NCBI GenBank assembly: GCA_001600815.1
Contig: BCKZ01000006.1
Location: forward strand, 496,001 to 539,899
Length of the DNA stretch: 43,899 nt
Reading direction: 5' to 3'
Source of the DNA: Alloascoidea hylecoeti
Taxonomy: Eukaryota
Part shown: positions 24,597 through 35,941 of the stretch, one piece after another
Layout: each line of letters begins with the position of its first letter
Position numbering within the stretch: position 1 is the first letter of the stretch
Position numbers and translations under genes: made by a program
The notes under the pieces: generated by a model
Told to the model about the DNA's origin: nothing
Database searches by the model: none
What the model saw: the letters and a program-made list of their open reading frames with translations, nothing else

Positions 24597-27500
24597 TCAA
24601 TTTTTAATAACCTTCTCATCACCTGGCTTTGATTCAAAGACTTTAGATGGTTCTTCATGTCTTTCTTTTCTTCCTCCTTTAAACCAATTTTGGAAGTCCA
24701 AGATTGATTTCAAACTCCATACTTTAACTCTGAACAAGTAGTACATCCCCAACATTGCAACTACATTGAAAATGATATAGACAAACATGAATCCAAAGTT
24801 TCTCCACCTATAACTCCACCTAATATTATATGCTTCCATGACCGTTTCTTGTGAAGTATAAGCACAGTATTGACAATTAGAAGTTGCGCTCACATCCTTC
24901 ACATAACCACCATTATTATCAATATATGTATTTAAGAAAGCACCACAAGTTTGTCCTTCTGGAGGTGTAACAATATTATATTCTGATTCCCCGCATACAA
25001 GTTTACGATTGTGAACTAATGGNGAAACAAATGATTGAACAAAGTATGTGAAAGGTGAAACTTTATACATAAACGTCCAGAAACCAGGCATCAAATTGTA
25101 GGGTTGCAAGATACCACAGAATAACATTAACATAGGGAAAATTAATGAATTGATAACAGAAGCTGATGGGACGTTTGGTGAAAAGTAAATAATCCAGAGA
25201 CCAAAAGTAACATAATAAATTGGGAACATAATAACAAAAACTAAGAAAAAGTAACCACATTCTTGTGGTCTACCAGAGAAGTGAGGACCCCAGTAGAAAC
25301 AAGCCCAACAGATGAATTGACAAATCATACACCAGATAATTTCCCAAGAAGCTTGTGCAAGTAGCAGAGTTGACCAGTGGAAAGTGTTTGAAGCAGATTC
25401 ACGGACTTCAAATAATTCTCTAGAAGCATAAGCAAAAACGTGAATTTGATTAATCATAGCCAAAGCAACAATCAACATCATGAAAATGACAAGTAAAGGT
25501 TGAGAAGCACCAGCAACTGTATGGTTAATACTAATAAAAGAAAATCCAACAAATAAAGAACAAACAATAGACTCGAAGAATTTGGCAAAAATATAAACAG
25601 GAGACCTCCAGAATTGAAGACCAGTTCTTCTGAAAACACACCAATATTGGGTAAACCAATTAGTTGCAAATTTGCTTGTTAAATTATGTTCACCAGTGTC
25701 AGCCTTTTGTCTCATTGGTAAATCGTGATGTAATTGAGTAATAACAGCTGTTTCTTTTGCAAACTCAGGAGAAGTGATCCATAAATCATGCCAATCACTA
25801 GATGCAGAAGCTGTAGCACCAGCGCCGATACAATTCAAAATATACTCTGCTGGATTTTCGGATACACCACATTCAACACCAGATTGTCTTTCAAAATATG
25901 ATAACATTGTAGATGAATTTGGACCAATATCTCCAAAGTAAACTGTCTGACCACCTTTCTTCAACAATAATAATCTATCAAAAACTTCAAATAGTGTTGC
26001 AGATGGTTGATGGATAGTACATAAGATAGCTTGTCCCGAATCTGCCAAAGCACGTAAGAACTGAATAATGGACCAAGCTGATTGAGAATCAAGACCAGAA
26101 GTGGGTTCATCAAGGAAGAGAAGTAAAGATGGCTTCGCAACAAGTTCAACACCAATAGACAATTTCTTTCTCTGTTCTACATTCAAACCACGACCAATTT
26201 TACCAATAATAGCTTCCGCATAATCTTGCATACCTAGAAGATTGATGATTTTTTCTACATATTCATGTTTCTCAGAGATCGGAACTTCAGCTGGTTGACG
26301 GAGTTCGGCAGCAAAACGTAAAGATTCTCTCACAGAGTATTCAGCTAAATGTAGATCTTGCTGTTGAACATAACCGGTCCTTCTCTGGAAAGATGCATCT
26401 ATTCCTCTACCATTAACAAGCATATCACCAGTGATAACTCCAAAATTTATACGTTGTGACAAAACATTCAATAAAGTGGTCTTACCAGCACCAGATTCAC
26501 CCATAAGAGCTGTCATCGTACCTGGCTTTACGTAACCTTGGATATTGTTGAGCAATTGTCTAGTGGCACCTTCATATGGAATAACATAATCAACATTTTG
26601 CCATGAGAAAACATCTTTCTCAGCAATAGCTTTCTCAAGATCTACACCAGGTCCATTTAAGATTTCAATCATTTCATCACGAGTCGCAACACGACTATCT
26701 GCTGTTTCTTTATTAGTATCAGGCATGAATCCACGCTTAAAGAGTAACATATCACCACCAGCAGTTACACTTTTAACGAACTCTGAAAATGCCACATTAA
26801 TAATAGCAAAAGCAGCACACCAAGCAATATTGATACCAAAGTTTCTCCATACATGTTTAAATTCAAAACTATAGTTATCCTTGATATAATCTTCACCGGT
26901 AATAAATGTTTGACCTGGTTTACTACCAGTAAAAGCACACACCTGATTAGAAGCAGAAACAGATTCATAACCCGTGCCTGAAGGAACCACCTGATCACAA
27001 GACATCTCTCGATGGTGAAATTCAGTAGCAACCAAACTTTCCAAACTATATCTTAAAGGATTTATCCAATTGATCCATTTGGCCCAATGATGCATTTCTG
27101 GTAAAGGAATAACAAACCCCGTGTATATACAAAGAATCAGAACTGTGAGACCAGCAACAGCATGGGCTGTCGTACCATCTGTAGTCAAAGTAGCCACAAT
27201 TTTGAATAGGAACGACATACATTGTTGAGCCTGAAGTAAGAAAGCAAAATACATAAAAAAAGTTCCTGCAGAGTGTCTCAAGTGTGGCATCCAATAGGTT
27301 GTTAATACTAAAATTATAACTGCAACAATTTTGGTTGGAAATTCAGTGATAATCTCTTGTATTGCTTCAGCAGATTGATGATACATTGAATAACTCTTTT
27401 GCTTCAAAATAATAGGACGAAATGAAAAAGCATGGGAAATTTCTGCAAGGGAAGTAGCAGCACAGTAAAATAAACAATAGAATAAGATACCACCACGAGA

Positions 27501-29090
27501 AAAAGCACCAGATGTTCCTGACGGGATATTCCAATAACACGAACCAATAATCAAACCTTTAATAATAAATGTACTAAGATAGATAAGTTGATATGAAATT
27601 TCACCATGTTGTCTTTGAAAACCTCTTGTAACCAAGTGTTTGATCTGTGAAGGATAAGAAACAACAAAACGGGATTTCTTTCTTTGAAGACTTTCTTTTC
27701 TTTGAGCATTGACTGCTTCCAATCTAGATTTGGTTTCCTCATATGTATGAGAACCTGTATAATCATCATATTCAGCAAGACATTCTTGATATTCAGGAGA
27801 ACTTAACCAGTATTGCTCGAATTCTTGAGCTGTAGTTGGGACTTTCTCTTCCATACCCTTTTGAGGAAATCTACCATTAGGATCGGTAACAGATGTTAAA
27901 AATTCAGGAGTAGTCATTCTTGAAGGACAATCCCAACCCATCCTTAAGAAATAATCTTTGGCTTTTGTGGCAGGGCCAAAATAAATTTGTCTACCAAGAT
28001 ATAGGATTGTAACTTTATCGAATAATGTGTAAATATTTTCACCAGCTTGGTAAATTGCAACAAGAGCAGAGTTATTTAATAAATTCGTAGCTGTACGGAT
28101 AGCCTGGGCGAATTCCAAAGCTGTAGAAGCATCAAGACCTCTGGTAGCATTATCCCAAGCATAAATAGATGCGTTACAAGCTAAAGCCTCAACGATAGAA
28201 ACTCTCTTTCTCTCACCACCGGAAACACCACGAACGAAATCATTTCCTACTTTAGTATTATATGTATGGCGTAAACCAAATACTGTACACCATAAATCTC
28301 TCATTGTATCAATATACTCGGGACGATTTAAACCATCGACTCTTGTTGCAGGAGTTTTCATCTTCAAAGCGAAATCAATAGTATCCTTAACTTTCAAATG
28401 AGGGAAATGTGTATCTAGTTCAGGATTATAAACAACGTATCCTTTATACACCTCCATCATTTGTTCTTGGCTAAGACCATCGTAAGAGAATTCTCCCGTT
28501 ACAGACACAAGTTCTGAAGTTTCACCAGAACAACATTTTAATAGAGTAGAACAACCAGCACCTGGTCTACCAATAACAAAACACATTTCACCAGCTTTGA
28601 CTACACCAGTGACATTTTCGATAATATTTCTCACGGGTTTCTTTTCCCTTTTGAATAACTTTCCAGGGAGACTAAGAAATCCTCTTGCCATTTCTTCAAC
28701 AGAAGGACCATATGCAGCTGACACATCCACACCAGTTGCAGTAAGCCCTTTGAAAGCAACACCAGCCGCACTATCTTCAATTCCTTGTTCGAGACCCTTT
28801 GAATTCAAATAGTGGAGTAAGACTTGAAGATCGAAATCATCAGGATCCACTTCGAAACGACCTTGAGCAGCAACACGTCTTGATAAAGACCTAGCTAAAG
28901 ATTGGATTCTTTCAACGGCGTTTTGATCACTTAAAACCGTACGCAGATGCTCGGAAAAAGCCTCTTCTTCGTTATTTCCTTCCAAATCTCTTGTTTTTGA
29001 ACGACTCATTGATAAATTATTTTTGGGTTTATAAGAAGCAACCTCTTCATTATCACCCTTGAAACTTTCTACAGACGAATCTGAAGCCAT
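24597..29090 (-). CDS. PDR12: Full-size PDR-family ABC transporter, Pdr12-like (copy 1)
   Basis: NBD-TMD-NBD-TMD; GRPGAGCST, VSGGERKRVSI, WDNATRGLD, GESGAGKTT, LNVEQRKKLSIGVEL; Pdr12-like GVDVSAAYGPSVEEM. Confidence 0.88.
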   Translation of the reverse strand: MASDSSVESFKGDNEEVASYKPKNNLSMSRSKTRDLEGNNEEEAFSEHLRTVLSDQNAVERIQSLARSLSRRVAAQGRFEVDPDDFDLQVLLHYLNSKGLEQGIEDSAAGVAFKGLTATGVDVSAAYGPSVEEMARGFLSLPGKLFKREKKPVRNIIENVTGVVKAGEMCFVIGRPGAGCSTLLKCCSGETSELVSVTGEFSYDGLSQEQMMEVYKGYVVYNPELDTHFPHLKVKDTIDFALKMKTPATRVDGLNRPEYIDTMRDLWCTVFGLRHTYNTKVGNDFVRGVSGGERKRVSIVEALACNASIYAWDNATRGLDASTALEFAQAIRTATNLLNNSALVAIYQAGENIYTLFDKVTILYLGRQIYFGPATKAKDYFLRMGWDCPSRMTTPEFLTSVTDPNGRFPQKGMEEKVPTTAQEFEQYWLSSPEYQECLAEYDDYTGSHTYEETKSRLEAVNAQRKESLQRKKSRFVVSYPSQIKHLVTRGFQRQHGEISYQLIYLSTFIIKGLIIGSCYWNIPSGTSGAFSRGGILFYCLFYCAATSLAEISHAFSFRPIILKQKSYSMYHQSAEAIQEIITEFPTKIVAVIILVLTTYWMPHLRHSAGTFFMYFAFLLQAQQCMSFLFKIVATLTTDGTTAHAVAGLTVLILCIYTGFVIPLPEMHHWAKWINWINPLRYSLESLVATEFHHREMSCDQVVPSGTGYESVSASNQVCAFTGSKPGQTFITGEDYIKDNYSFEFKHVWRNFGINIAWCAAFAIINVAFSEFVKSVTAGGDMLLFKRGFMPDTNKETADSRVATRDEMIEILNGPGVDLEKAIAEKDVFSWQNVDYVIPYEGATRQLLNNIQGYVKPGTMTALMGESGAGKTTLLNVLSQRINFGVITGDMLVNGRGIDASFQRRTGYVQQQDLHLAEYSVRESLRFAAELRQPAEVPISEKHEYVEKIINLLGMQDYAEAIIGKIGRGLNVEQRKKLSIGVELVAKPSLLLFLDEPTSGLDSQSAWSIIQFLRALADSGQAILCTIHQPSATLFEVFDRLLLLKKGGQTVYFGDIGPNSSTMLSYFERQSGVECGVSENPAEYILNCIGAGATASASSDWHDLWITSPEFAKETAVITQLHHDLPMRQKADTGEHNLTSKFATNWFTQYWCVFRRTGLQFWRSPVYIFAKFFESIVCSLFVGFSFISINHTVAGASQPLLVIFMMLIVALAMINQIHVFAYASRELFEVRESASNTFHWSTLLLAQASWEIIWCMICQFICWACFYWGPHFSGRPQECGYFFLVFVIMFPIYYVTFGLWIIYFSPNVPSASVINSLIFPMLMLFCGILQPYNLMPGFWTFMYKVSPFTYFVQSFVXPLVHNRKLVCGESEYNIVTPPEGQTCGAFLNTYIDNNGGYVKDVSATSNCQYCAYTSQETVMEAYNIRWSYRWRNFGFMFVYIIFNVVAMLGMYYLFRVKVWSLKSILDFQNWFKGGRKERHEEPSKVFESKPGDEKVIKN

Positions 29091-29313
29091 TTTGCTAACA
29101 GGATCAATGTGTTAGTATCTATATTTAAGTTTAAATTGACACTTGCAGTATACTTACCATTAACTTATAATTGTGATATCAATTGCAATGAAAAATGAGA
29201 ATAGAAAATAGAGTAACGAGGAAATCCAGCTGCTTATATACATTTGAAATAAACTACTGTTTAGGATGAGTATTAATTTCAATTAGCAATCTTTGAGTGA
29301 ATAAAAAGATAAA
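28375..29313 (-). repeat. Left arm of long inverted repeat (portion matched within the window)
   Basis: Reverse complement matches 42961-43899; the same antisense 71-aa ORF occurs at 28597-28812 and 43462-43677. Confidence 0.95.
29095..29157 (-). other. 5' leader intron of ABC transporter copy 1 (63 nt)
   Basis: GTAAGT...TACTAAC...TAG ending 4 nt before the ATG. Confidence 0.85.
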
Positions 29314-31018
29314 CACTAGAATAAGTATCAAAATAAGATAAATGCAAATAATTTTCGGTCAAGGTTAGGCTTTAAGCCGGTATACATGCATACGCACATA
29401 CCTATACAACCAACTGGATTTCTACAACGGAACAATTCGGCGGTTCTGATCTGAAAATGAAGTCATAATTGGAACTATGCCTCTATTTTTTTATGAACAT
29501 ATCTGTATTTTCGGTTTTCACCAGAAGATGGCACAGTGTATCTACACTGAAAATGTTAAATATAAAAAATAATAATGATAATTAATTTTGGAGGATAACA
29601 AGTATATTCTTTTTCTAACGTCAACTACTGATGCTTAATTCAGATTCAGCAGGTGGTAGTTGTTATCCGCCACGGCCGAAATATGTATCGGCAACCGTAT
29701 TATTTTCAGCCGGGTTTACATATAATAACACGGCTGTCATTAGACTCCTCCTTTTTTTTTGTCATAATCGATGGAACGCCTTTCTATATTCGTGTGAATC
29801 TGCCGCAGTTAGCAATCGCTAATTACTACACATTCACTTGTTTCTAGATGAATAATAGCTGCTCTTTTCATTCCCACGTAACTATAACATAATTTCTTCA
29901 ATTTACAACCGATAATATGTAGATGTTTATACGAATATAGCTAAATATTCCTAATTATTACTGATATTCATATTTATAGGTACTTGCAATTGCATACGGG
30001 AAGTAGATGTATAATGCAATATTAATATAAATAGTTCTTTGTTTAAATTTCTGATCGATCGATATCTCCTCGACTTCTTCAAGATGTGATTACACAGGAT
30101 CTCTGAAATTGAAAGCGTTGAGCAGGAAAGCCCAGATATTACATATATTTTATTATGTAGGTATTTTCGCAATTTTGTATGATAATTAGAACAATAAACT
30201 ATGTAATACGTACAAAACTGTATATTAATATAACGCCAGGTATCTCTGGAGATATGTTTGCGGTGGTGACACAAATCTGACTTGCATTGAACAGTTGAGT
30301 TCTGCTGTTAAATATTAGCCTGATGTTTAGAAGCTATAGAAAGATTTTACTAGTATTCCTAGGACGATTAAATTTTGTCATAGCTAAAGAAGAGTATATC
30401 CTTACTTATCATACTACATCTGCAGGTATCTCATCGATCTTTGAAAGTGCGTGTCGCACTGCGTCCTAAATATAAGTGAAGGCTCAATCGGATCTTCCCC
30501 ACATATTCTATTCCTGATGACTGGACCCAACGGAAGACAAGGTTAGCAATTGTTTTAAATTTTAATGCCAGTTTCAATTGAAAGTGCATAAACATCTATG
30601 CAATTGGATAGGCCGGAACCTTTAAGCTGAAAAGTATATGATAACGTTGAACAAGTCACATGACCATTAAACATTGAACCCGGAAGAGATCTACCAAACT
30701 TACGGATTACATAGATTATATAGTTTAGATTTTTAAGAAAGAAAAGCTTTTGGTCTTCAAGAGTGGATTCTTTAATCCTAACAAGTTATTGATTGGACTG
30801 AAAAAGTGACAAGTTTCAGACAGTTCATCATTTTTGGTTGAGTTATTGTCCATTGAGTTTTCGGCTTCCGAGATATAATTGTGAGAGTCTGCGTTTTCTT
30901 TTGATAGTTGTTCCCTTTTATCTTTAGCAATTTCTATTTATGGTGATGATATATACACACACGCATTCTAAAATATACGCAAGGTTGAATCTTTTACACT
31001 TTTTCGTACTTTGTATAA

Positions 31019-32836
31019 ATGCATCCAACCTTTCAAATTATGGCAAAGAACAAAAAATATCTAAATGTTGTTATTGAAGGATGCTGTCATGGTGATTTGA
31101 ATAAAATATACGATTCCATAAAACGTCGTAATAAACCTGTTGATCTTGTCATCATATGTGGTGATTTTCAAGCCGTTAGAAATGAACAAGATTTAAATTG
31201 TTTAGCTGTTCCACCAAAATATAAAAGGATGGGGGATTTCAAAGAATATTATAATGGTAATAAAAAGGCACCTTACTTAACTATTTTTATTGGTGGGAAT
31301 CATGAGGCAAGTAATTATTTGTGGGAATTATACTATGGAGGATGGATTGCACCACAAATGTATTATATGGGTGCAAGTAGTGTTATTAATGTAAAAGGTT
31401 TGAGAATCGCTGGATTGTCGGGTATTTGGAACCAAGCACACTTTAACTTACCTCACTATGAGAGAGTTCCCTTTGATAGAAGCTCAGAGAGGTCGATTTA
31501 TCACATTAGAAGGTTTGATGTTACTAAATTAGCATTAATAAGGAATGGTTTAGACGTTATGATTACGCATGATTGGCCTCAAGGTATTGAACATTACGGG
31601 AATTTAAAACAACTTTTATCAATTAAAAAGCATTTTAGAAGAGATGTTGAAAAGGGAGAATTGGGATCTCCTCCCGCAAGGGATTTATTGAAATTATTGA
31701 GGCCTGCCAATTGGTTTAGCGCTCATTTACATGTTATGTTTAAAGCAATTGTCAAGCATGACAGAGGGGATAAAATTACTAATGGAAACTTATTAGATGA
31801 AGCTAAAATTAATGATGATGAGATTAGTATTGCTTTAGATATGGTGGAGGATGTGCATCAAGGGAAGATCAATAATGATGAAATTGAATTAGATCTAGAT
31901 ATAGAAGAAGACTCACCAAAGGTAAATTCCAAAGTCACTGAAAAACAACTTGTTACTGGAAATGACACTTCTGGAAAACAGATCAATTCAAATGAAATTG
32001 AGTTAAATTTAGATGACTTGAATGATACAGATGAGAAAAGGGCATCATCACAGAAACTAGATTCTAAGCCTTTGAACAACAATGGATCAAACTTGGATAT
32101 AGACAATTCACAAAATTCTAACACTGAAATAGAATCTAATACCAACAAATCTGGTGGACTTTCGACATCAACAGAAACAAAAACAGAAACACTGGAGAAT
32201 TATAAACCTCCAATAAATGAAGTTCAGTATTGGGAAACGACACCCAAATCTTCAGTAACTCATTTTCTAGCTCTTGATAAGTGTCTACCGCGACGTAACT
32301 ACCTTCAATTTGTTCAAATACCAATAACATCACATTCCCAAACGTGGGGTAAAAAGCGAAGACGATCCTCTTCTGCTTCGTCAAATTCTTCATCAAAATC
32401 CAATAAATCTTCAGACACCCCAAGATTAGCTGGATCTCTAACATATGATCCTGAATGGCTAGCAATTACACGTGCAACACATAAATATTTTAATACCTCT
32501 TTGACACCCTCTTCTAACTCTGGATCAACTCCAAATAGTTTATTACAGAGAATCCCAGATATTTTAACAAATTCAGATCCTGTAGAATCAAAAATTGAAC
32601 GTTCAAATCTGTTAAAATTAATAGATGATGAATTGATTTGGGTTAAAGAAAATATAGTTGATAAAAGTCTTCTTGGTATCCCAATGATTATTGATAAAAG
32701 CGCACCTTCTCATAGCAGTGAATTCCAAAAAAAGTTTAATACAAGAGAACAACCACCAGAATATAGAAATAAAATGACAGATTATATTTGTGATTTATTA
32801 AAGATTGATAATAAAGTATGGAAAGGCGATCGTTAG
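31019..32836 (+). CDS. DBR1: RNA lariat debranching enzyme
   Basis: EGCCHG, ICGDFQAVRN, FIGGNHE, RSIYHIR, THDWPQ, WFSAHLH, FLALDKCLPRR, YDPEWLAI; start could be the second Met at 31040. Confidence 0.96.
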   Translation: MHPTFQIMAKNKKYLNVVIEGCCHGDLNKIYDSIKRRNKPVDLVIICGDFQAVRNEQDLNCLAVPPKYKRMGDFKEYYNGNKKAPYLTIFIGGNHEASNYLWELYYGGWIAPQMYYMGASSVINVKGLRIAGLSGIWNQAHFNLPHYERVPFDRSSERSIYHIRRFDVTKLALIRNGLDVMITHDWPQGIEHYGNLKQLLSIKKHFRRDVEKGELGSPPARDLLKLLRPANWFSAHLHVMFKAIVKHDRGDKITNGNLLDEAKINDDEISIALDMVEDVHQGKINNDEIELDLDIEEDSPKVNSKVTEKQLVTGNDTSGKQINSNEIELNLDDLNDTDEKRASSQKLDSKPLNNNGSNLDIDNSQNSNTEIESNTNKSGGLSTSTETKTETLENYKPPINEVQYWETTPKSSVTHFLALDKCLPRRNYLQFVQIPITSHSQTWGKKRRRSSSASSNSSSKSNKSSDTPRLAGSLTYDPEWLAITRATHKYFNTSLTPSSNSGSTPNSLLQRIPDILTNSDPVESKIERSNLLKLIDDELIWVKENIVDKSLLGIPMIIDKSAPSHSSEFQKKFNTREQPPEYRNKMTDYICDLLKIDNKVWKGDR

Positions 32837-33408
32837 CTACAATTTCTCAAATATATTAATAATATTTGTATAAATAGGATACTAAGATGCACATATTTGT
32901 TAAAGTATGATGCCATGTAACATTGTGGTTAAAGTTAGTAATTTATTATTCATAATGTATTTATAAATCTATATCCATCTAGTTATATATTATAATACTC
33001 AGTCTCGGTTATTTACATGAAAAGAGTTCGACGTTTAAAACAATTGTAACTTTAAGTTATACTACGCTGTATATAAAAATCATAATCTAGATATAGTTAG
33101 TGGAAATATAAACACATACGGCTTGTATTTATATCTTTGTCTCATAGCTTCAGTCTATTCGGCGGTGGTTGATAAAAGGAAACTAAATTTTACGCGTCCC
33201 ATTTTTTGGAGGTTTTCACTTGGCCAAGGAACCTACACCTACGGACTACAGCGCTCAATAAATAAATATAGCTAGTTTATCTAAACTTATTAGTATTAAA
33301 ATTAATAACTCAGTATATAGCTGAAATAAAACAGGTAATAATATCGTCCTTGATCGCGATCGGAAGTGCAAGTAATACTCACAAGTTACAACTTGATATA
33401 AATTGTTA

Positions 33409-34866
33409 TTAACCAAAAATTTGTAATCCTGTATCAGCAATATCTTCTTCTGCTTCATTACCACTTTCACCTTCAGAATTATCATTTCTCAAATTAACTT
33501 TTTGTCCAAGTAATCCACCAAAGAGTTCATCAATTTCATTATTATCCATGGGGTAATAATCTGGTCTTGGCGGTTCATAATTTTGTAATTTCTCTTGAAC
33601 AGTGTATCTCAACTTTCTTCCTTTTGAAGCTTTTGTATCAACATTTTTCTTCACCTTAGTTTTTGACACTGTCCATTGTAACGTATTTGAAGCATTTGTG
33701 TCAACCATACGCTTATCGACCAATTCGCGTAATAAGGATCCATAGAAGTCGGAATCATCAAAAATATGTTCATTTTCATGAAGATTAGAATCGACAATAA
33801 TTTTGGTACTTTTCTTTCCGTCTGTTTCAGTCGATACATACCCAATTGGAGTTATACCAGCTCTATTGAGCCGCGAACGTTTTATTAGACGACTCATATC
33901 AGCAAGACCTGAATTAACTTGAACAGCCGCTGATTGATTAATAGTTTTAAATTTTGAAGAATTTAAGGAGCCGCTTGCAGACTGAACTTTTTGTGACCAT
34001 CTTGTTAAAACAACATCTCTATATGCTTCTAATTGTCTATCAAGATTGGAAACATTATTAAATGCAGTTTCCAAGTTTCTCTTTTTCGATATTTTTGGTA
34101 GTTTATCTTTCGATGAAACAACTTTATCACTTACCATCAGTTTTTTCCTTATTTTAGTTATACCATTTAGTAATGAATATAAATTATCTTCAATTTTTGA
34201 AAGTGAGCCAGTATCAATATCATCCTTAATCCTTGATATCGTAGATAAATCCATTGGAAATGTATTTGAAGCTGTAAGTGATTTTTGAAAATTTATCCTT
34301 GCATCTAAAATATTTTCAAAAACATTATGTTGATGCTTGGCTGCAAACCCCTTTTTTATATCGGTTATGGTTGAGTTTGTTATTCTATTAATCATATTTT
34401 TATTTTCTGATGTTATTAGCTCTTGTAATTTTTTTCTCTGTTGTACTTCAGTTGCCGATTTATCAGTAGCAAATTTCTTTGTATCTTCATAATTATCTTC
34501 TATTTCTTCATCTTCAGAATCGGTTCTCAGGGAAATTGAACTATCACTTTCAGAGCCATTCTGACTTCCCTCACTTGTGATATTACTCCCAGTATCCGTT
34601 GAATTACCATCATCATCATCTTCTAGTTCCCCGGTTCCGAATAAATCTTTCCTTGAAACAAGTTTCCCTGTGTAATTTTCACCTAATCTAACGCTGCTGT
34701 CCCTCAATTTACTCTTCCCAACTGTTATATAATGCTCAGAAGCTTTAGCATCTTCGTCACTATCTGAACTACTTTCATTGTGTTCGAATATTTCACCATC
34801 TGACTCATCTACATCAAAACTAAATGTAGAAGTATGTTTGGATTTATCGACCATTTTCAAAACCAT
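33409..34866 (-). CDS. BFR2: SSU processome factor Bfr2 (AATF/Traube family)
   Basis: EHYITVGKSKLR, LDARINFQK, IFDDSDFYGSLLRELVD, VDTKASKGRKLRYTVQEKLQNY, IDELFGGLLG. Confidence 0.94.
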   Translation of the reverse strand: MVLKMVDKSKHTSTFSFDVDESDGEIFEHNESSSDSDEDAKASEHYITVGKSKLRDSSVRLGENYTGKLVSRKDLFGTGELEDDDDGNSTDTGSNITSEGSQNGSESDSSISLRTDSEDEEIEDNYEDTKKFATDKSATEVQQRKKLQELITSENKNMINRITNSTITDIKKGFAAKHQHNVFENILDARINFQKSLTASNTFPMDLSTISRIKDDIDTGSLSKIEDNLYSLLNGITKIRKKLMVSDKVVSSKDKLPKISKKRNLETAFNNVSNLDRQLEAYRDVVLTRWSQKVQSASGSLNSSKFKTINQSAAVQVNSGLADMSRLIKRSRLNRAGITPIGYVSTETDGKKSTKIIVDSNLHENEHIFDDSDFYGSLLRELVDKRMVDTNASNTLQWTVSKTKVKKNVDTKASKGRKLRYTVQEKLQNYEPPRPDYYPMDNNEIDELFGGLLGQKVNLRNDNSEGESGNEAEEDIADTGLQIFG

Positions 34867-34940
34867 CTTTAATATTAGCTTTTAAATTGTCGTAAAAGTG
34901 TTTTTATAGGTTTTTATAGGTTTTTATAAGTTTGCATTAT

Positions 34941-34972
34941 AAAGATTTTTTTCAACCATCAACTCCGGGTAA
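34941..34972. promoter_or_regulatory. BFR2 promoter: RRPE-like and Reb1-like sites
   Basis: AAAGATTTTTTTCA and CCGGGTAA (34965-34972), ~75-105 bp upstream of a ribosome-biogenesis gene. Confidence 0.5.
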
Positions 34973-35941
34973 CTTTAAGGTGAGATGCGGGTGTATGGGT
35001 GATTTTGGGGAAAATCAAAAAAATATGTGAACAACTTTTGGGAAAACCAAAAAATTTAATACCCCTCGCGTAAAATGTGACCACAACACCAAAATCACTT
35101 CAATTATGTACCAAAGATGACAGAAGGTAGATAAATGGCAAATTTAAATCTTTTTATCTCTGCTTATTAACTATGTAGTAAGTCTTAGAACTTCGTGGCC
35201 ATACAAAGGGTCAGGTTTGCATATAAATCGGGTGAGCAAAAGCAATAAAAACTTGCCTTATATAGATGCATACATGCAGATATCAGATAATATATTACTT
35301 CATATGGTATTATAATTGCATTCATATTGTTTTAAATCTAGCTTCACTAAGTAATATACTAAATAAACGTAAAACATTATAGTACGCGACAACACCAAAG
35401 TAACATTTTAACTGGGGATGCCATTTACAGCAGAGTCCAAGATATCTTTAAATGGTTCAATGTATCAACATGTATGAAACTTAAACATTATATCTGTAAC
35501 ATATTATGGAACTAAATCTTTGATTATATTTATGAAATTGATTCAATTACGCATAGTTCTTCCCCCACAAGGAACTGTTCCTTTTATATTAGATATTTCT
35601 ATTCTAATCTCTAACTAGTGGTGTGGATAATAAAGCTTTATTTTCGTCTGTTCTATTTTGCTCCTATTAAATATTGTGTGAAATGTCTTAATAGAGCCTC
35701 GTTTTTTATAATTACAATCCCTTTTCGAATGGGTTCTGAAATAAGGTTTAGGTTACTCTATATTATTCATGAAAATTAACTTCATTGTGATGGGAAATTT
35801 TAATGAGTAAAAGTTGATGTGCATTAATATTTATTTTTCAGGTTTAGGATCTAGATGATTTTGAAGATAATAAATATAAACCAACAGTTCTGTTTTTTCA
35901 TTGAACAGTTTAACAGTTTAATTATAGAACTCTAAAAAGAC

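Noticed and set aside
31800..32030. Three IN(D/N/S)(D/N)EI.(L/I).LD repeats in DBR1
   Set aside because: Acidic repeats of this type occur in fungal Dbr1 linkers; not novel
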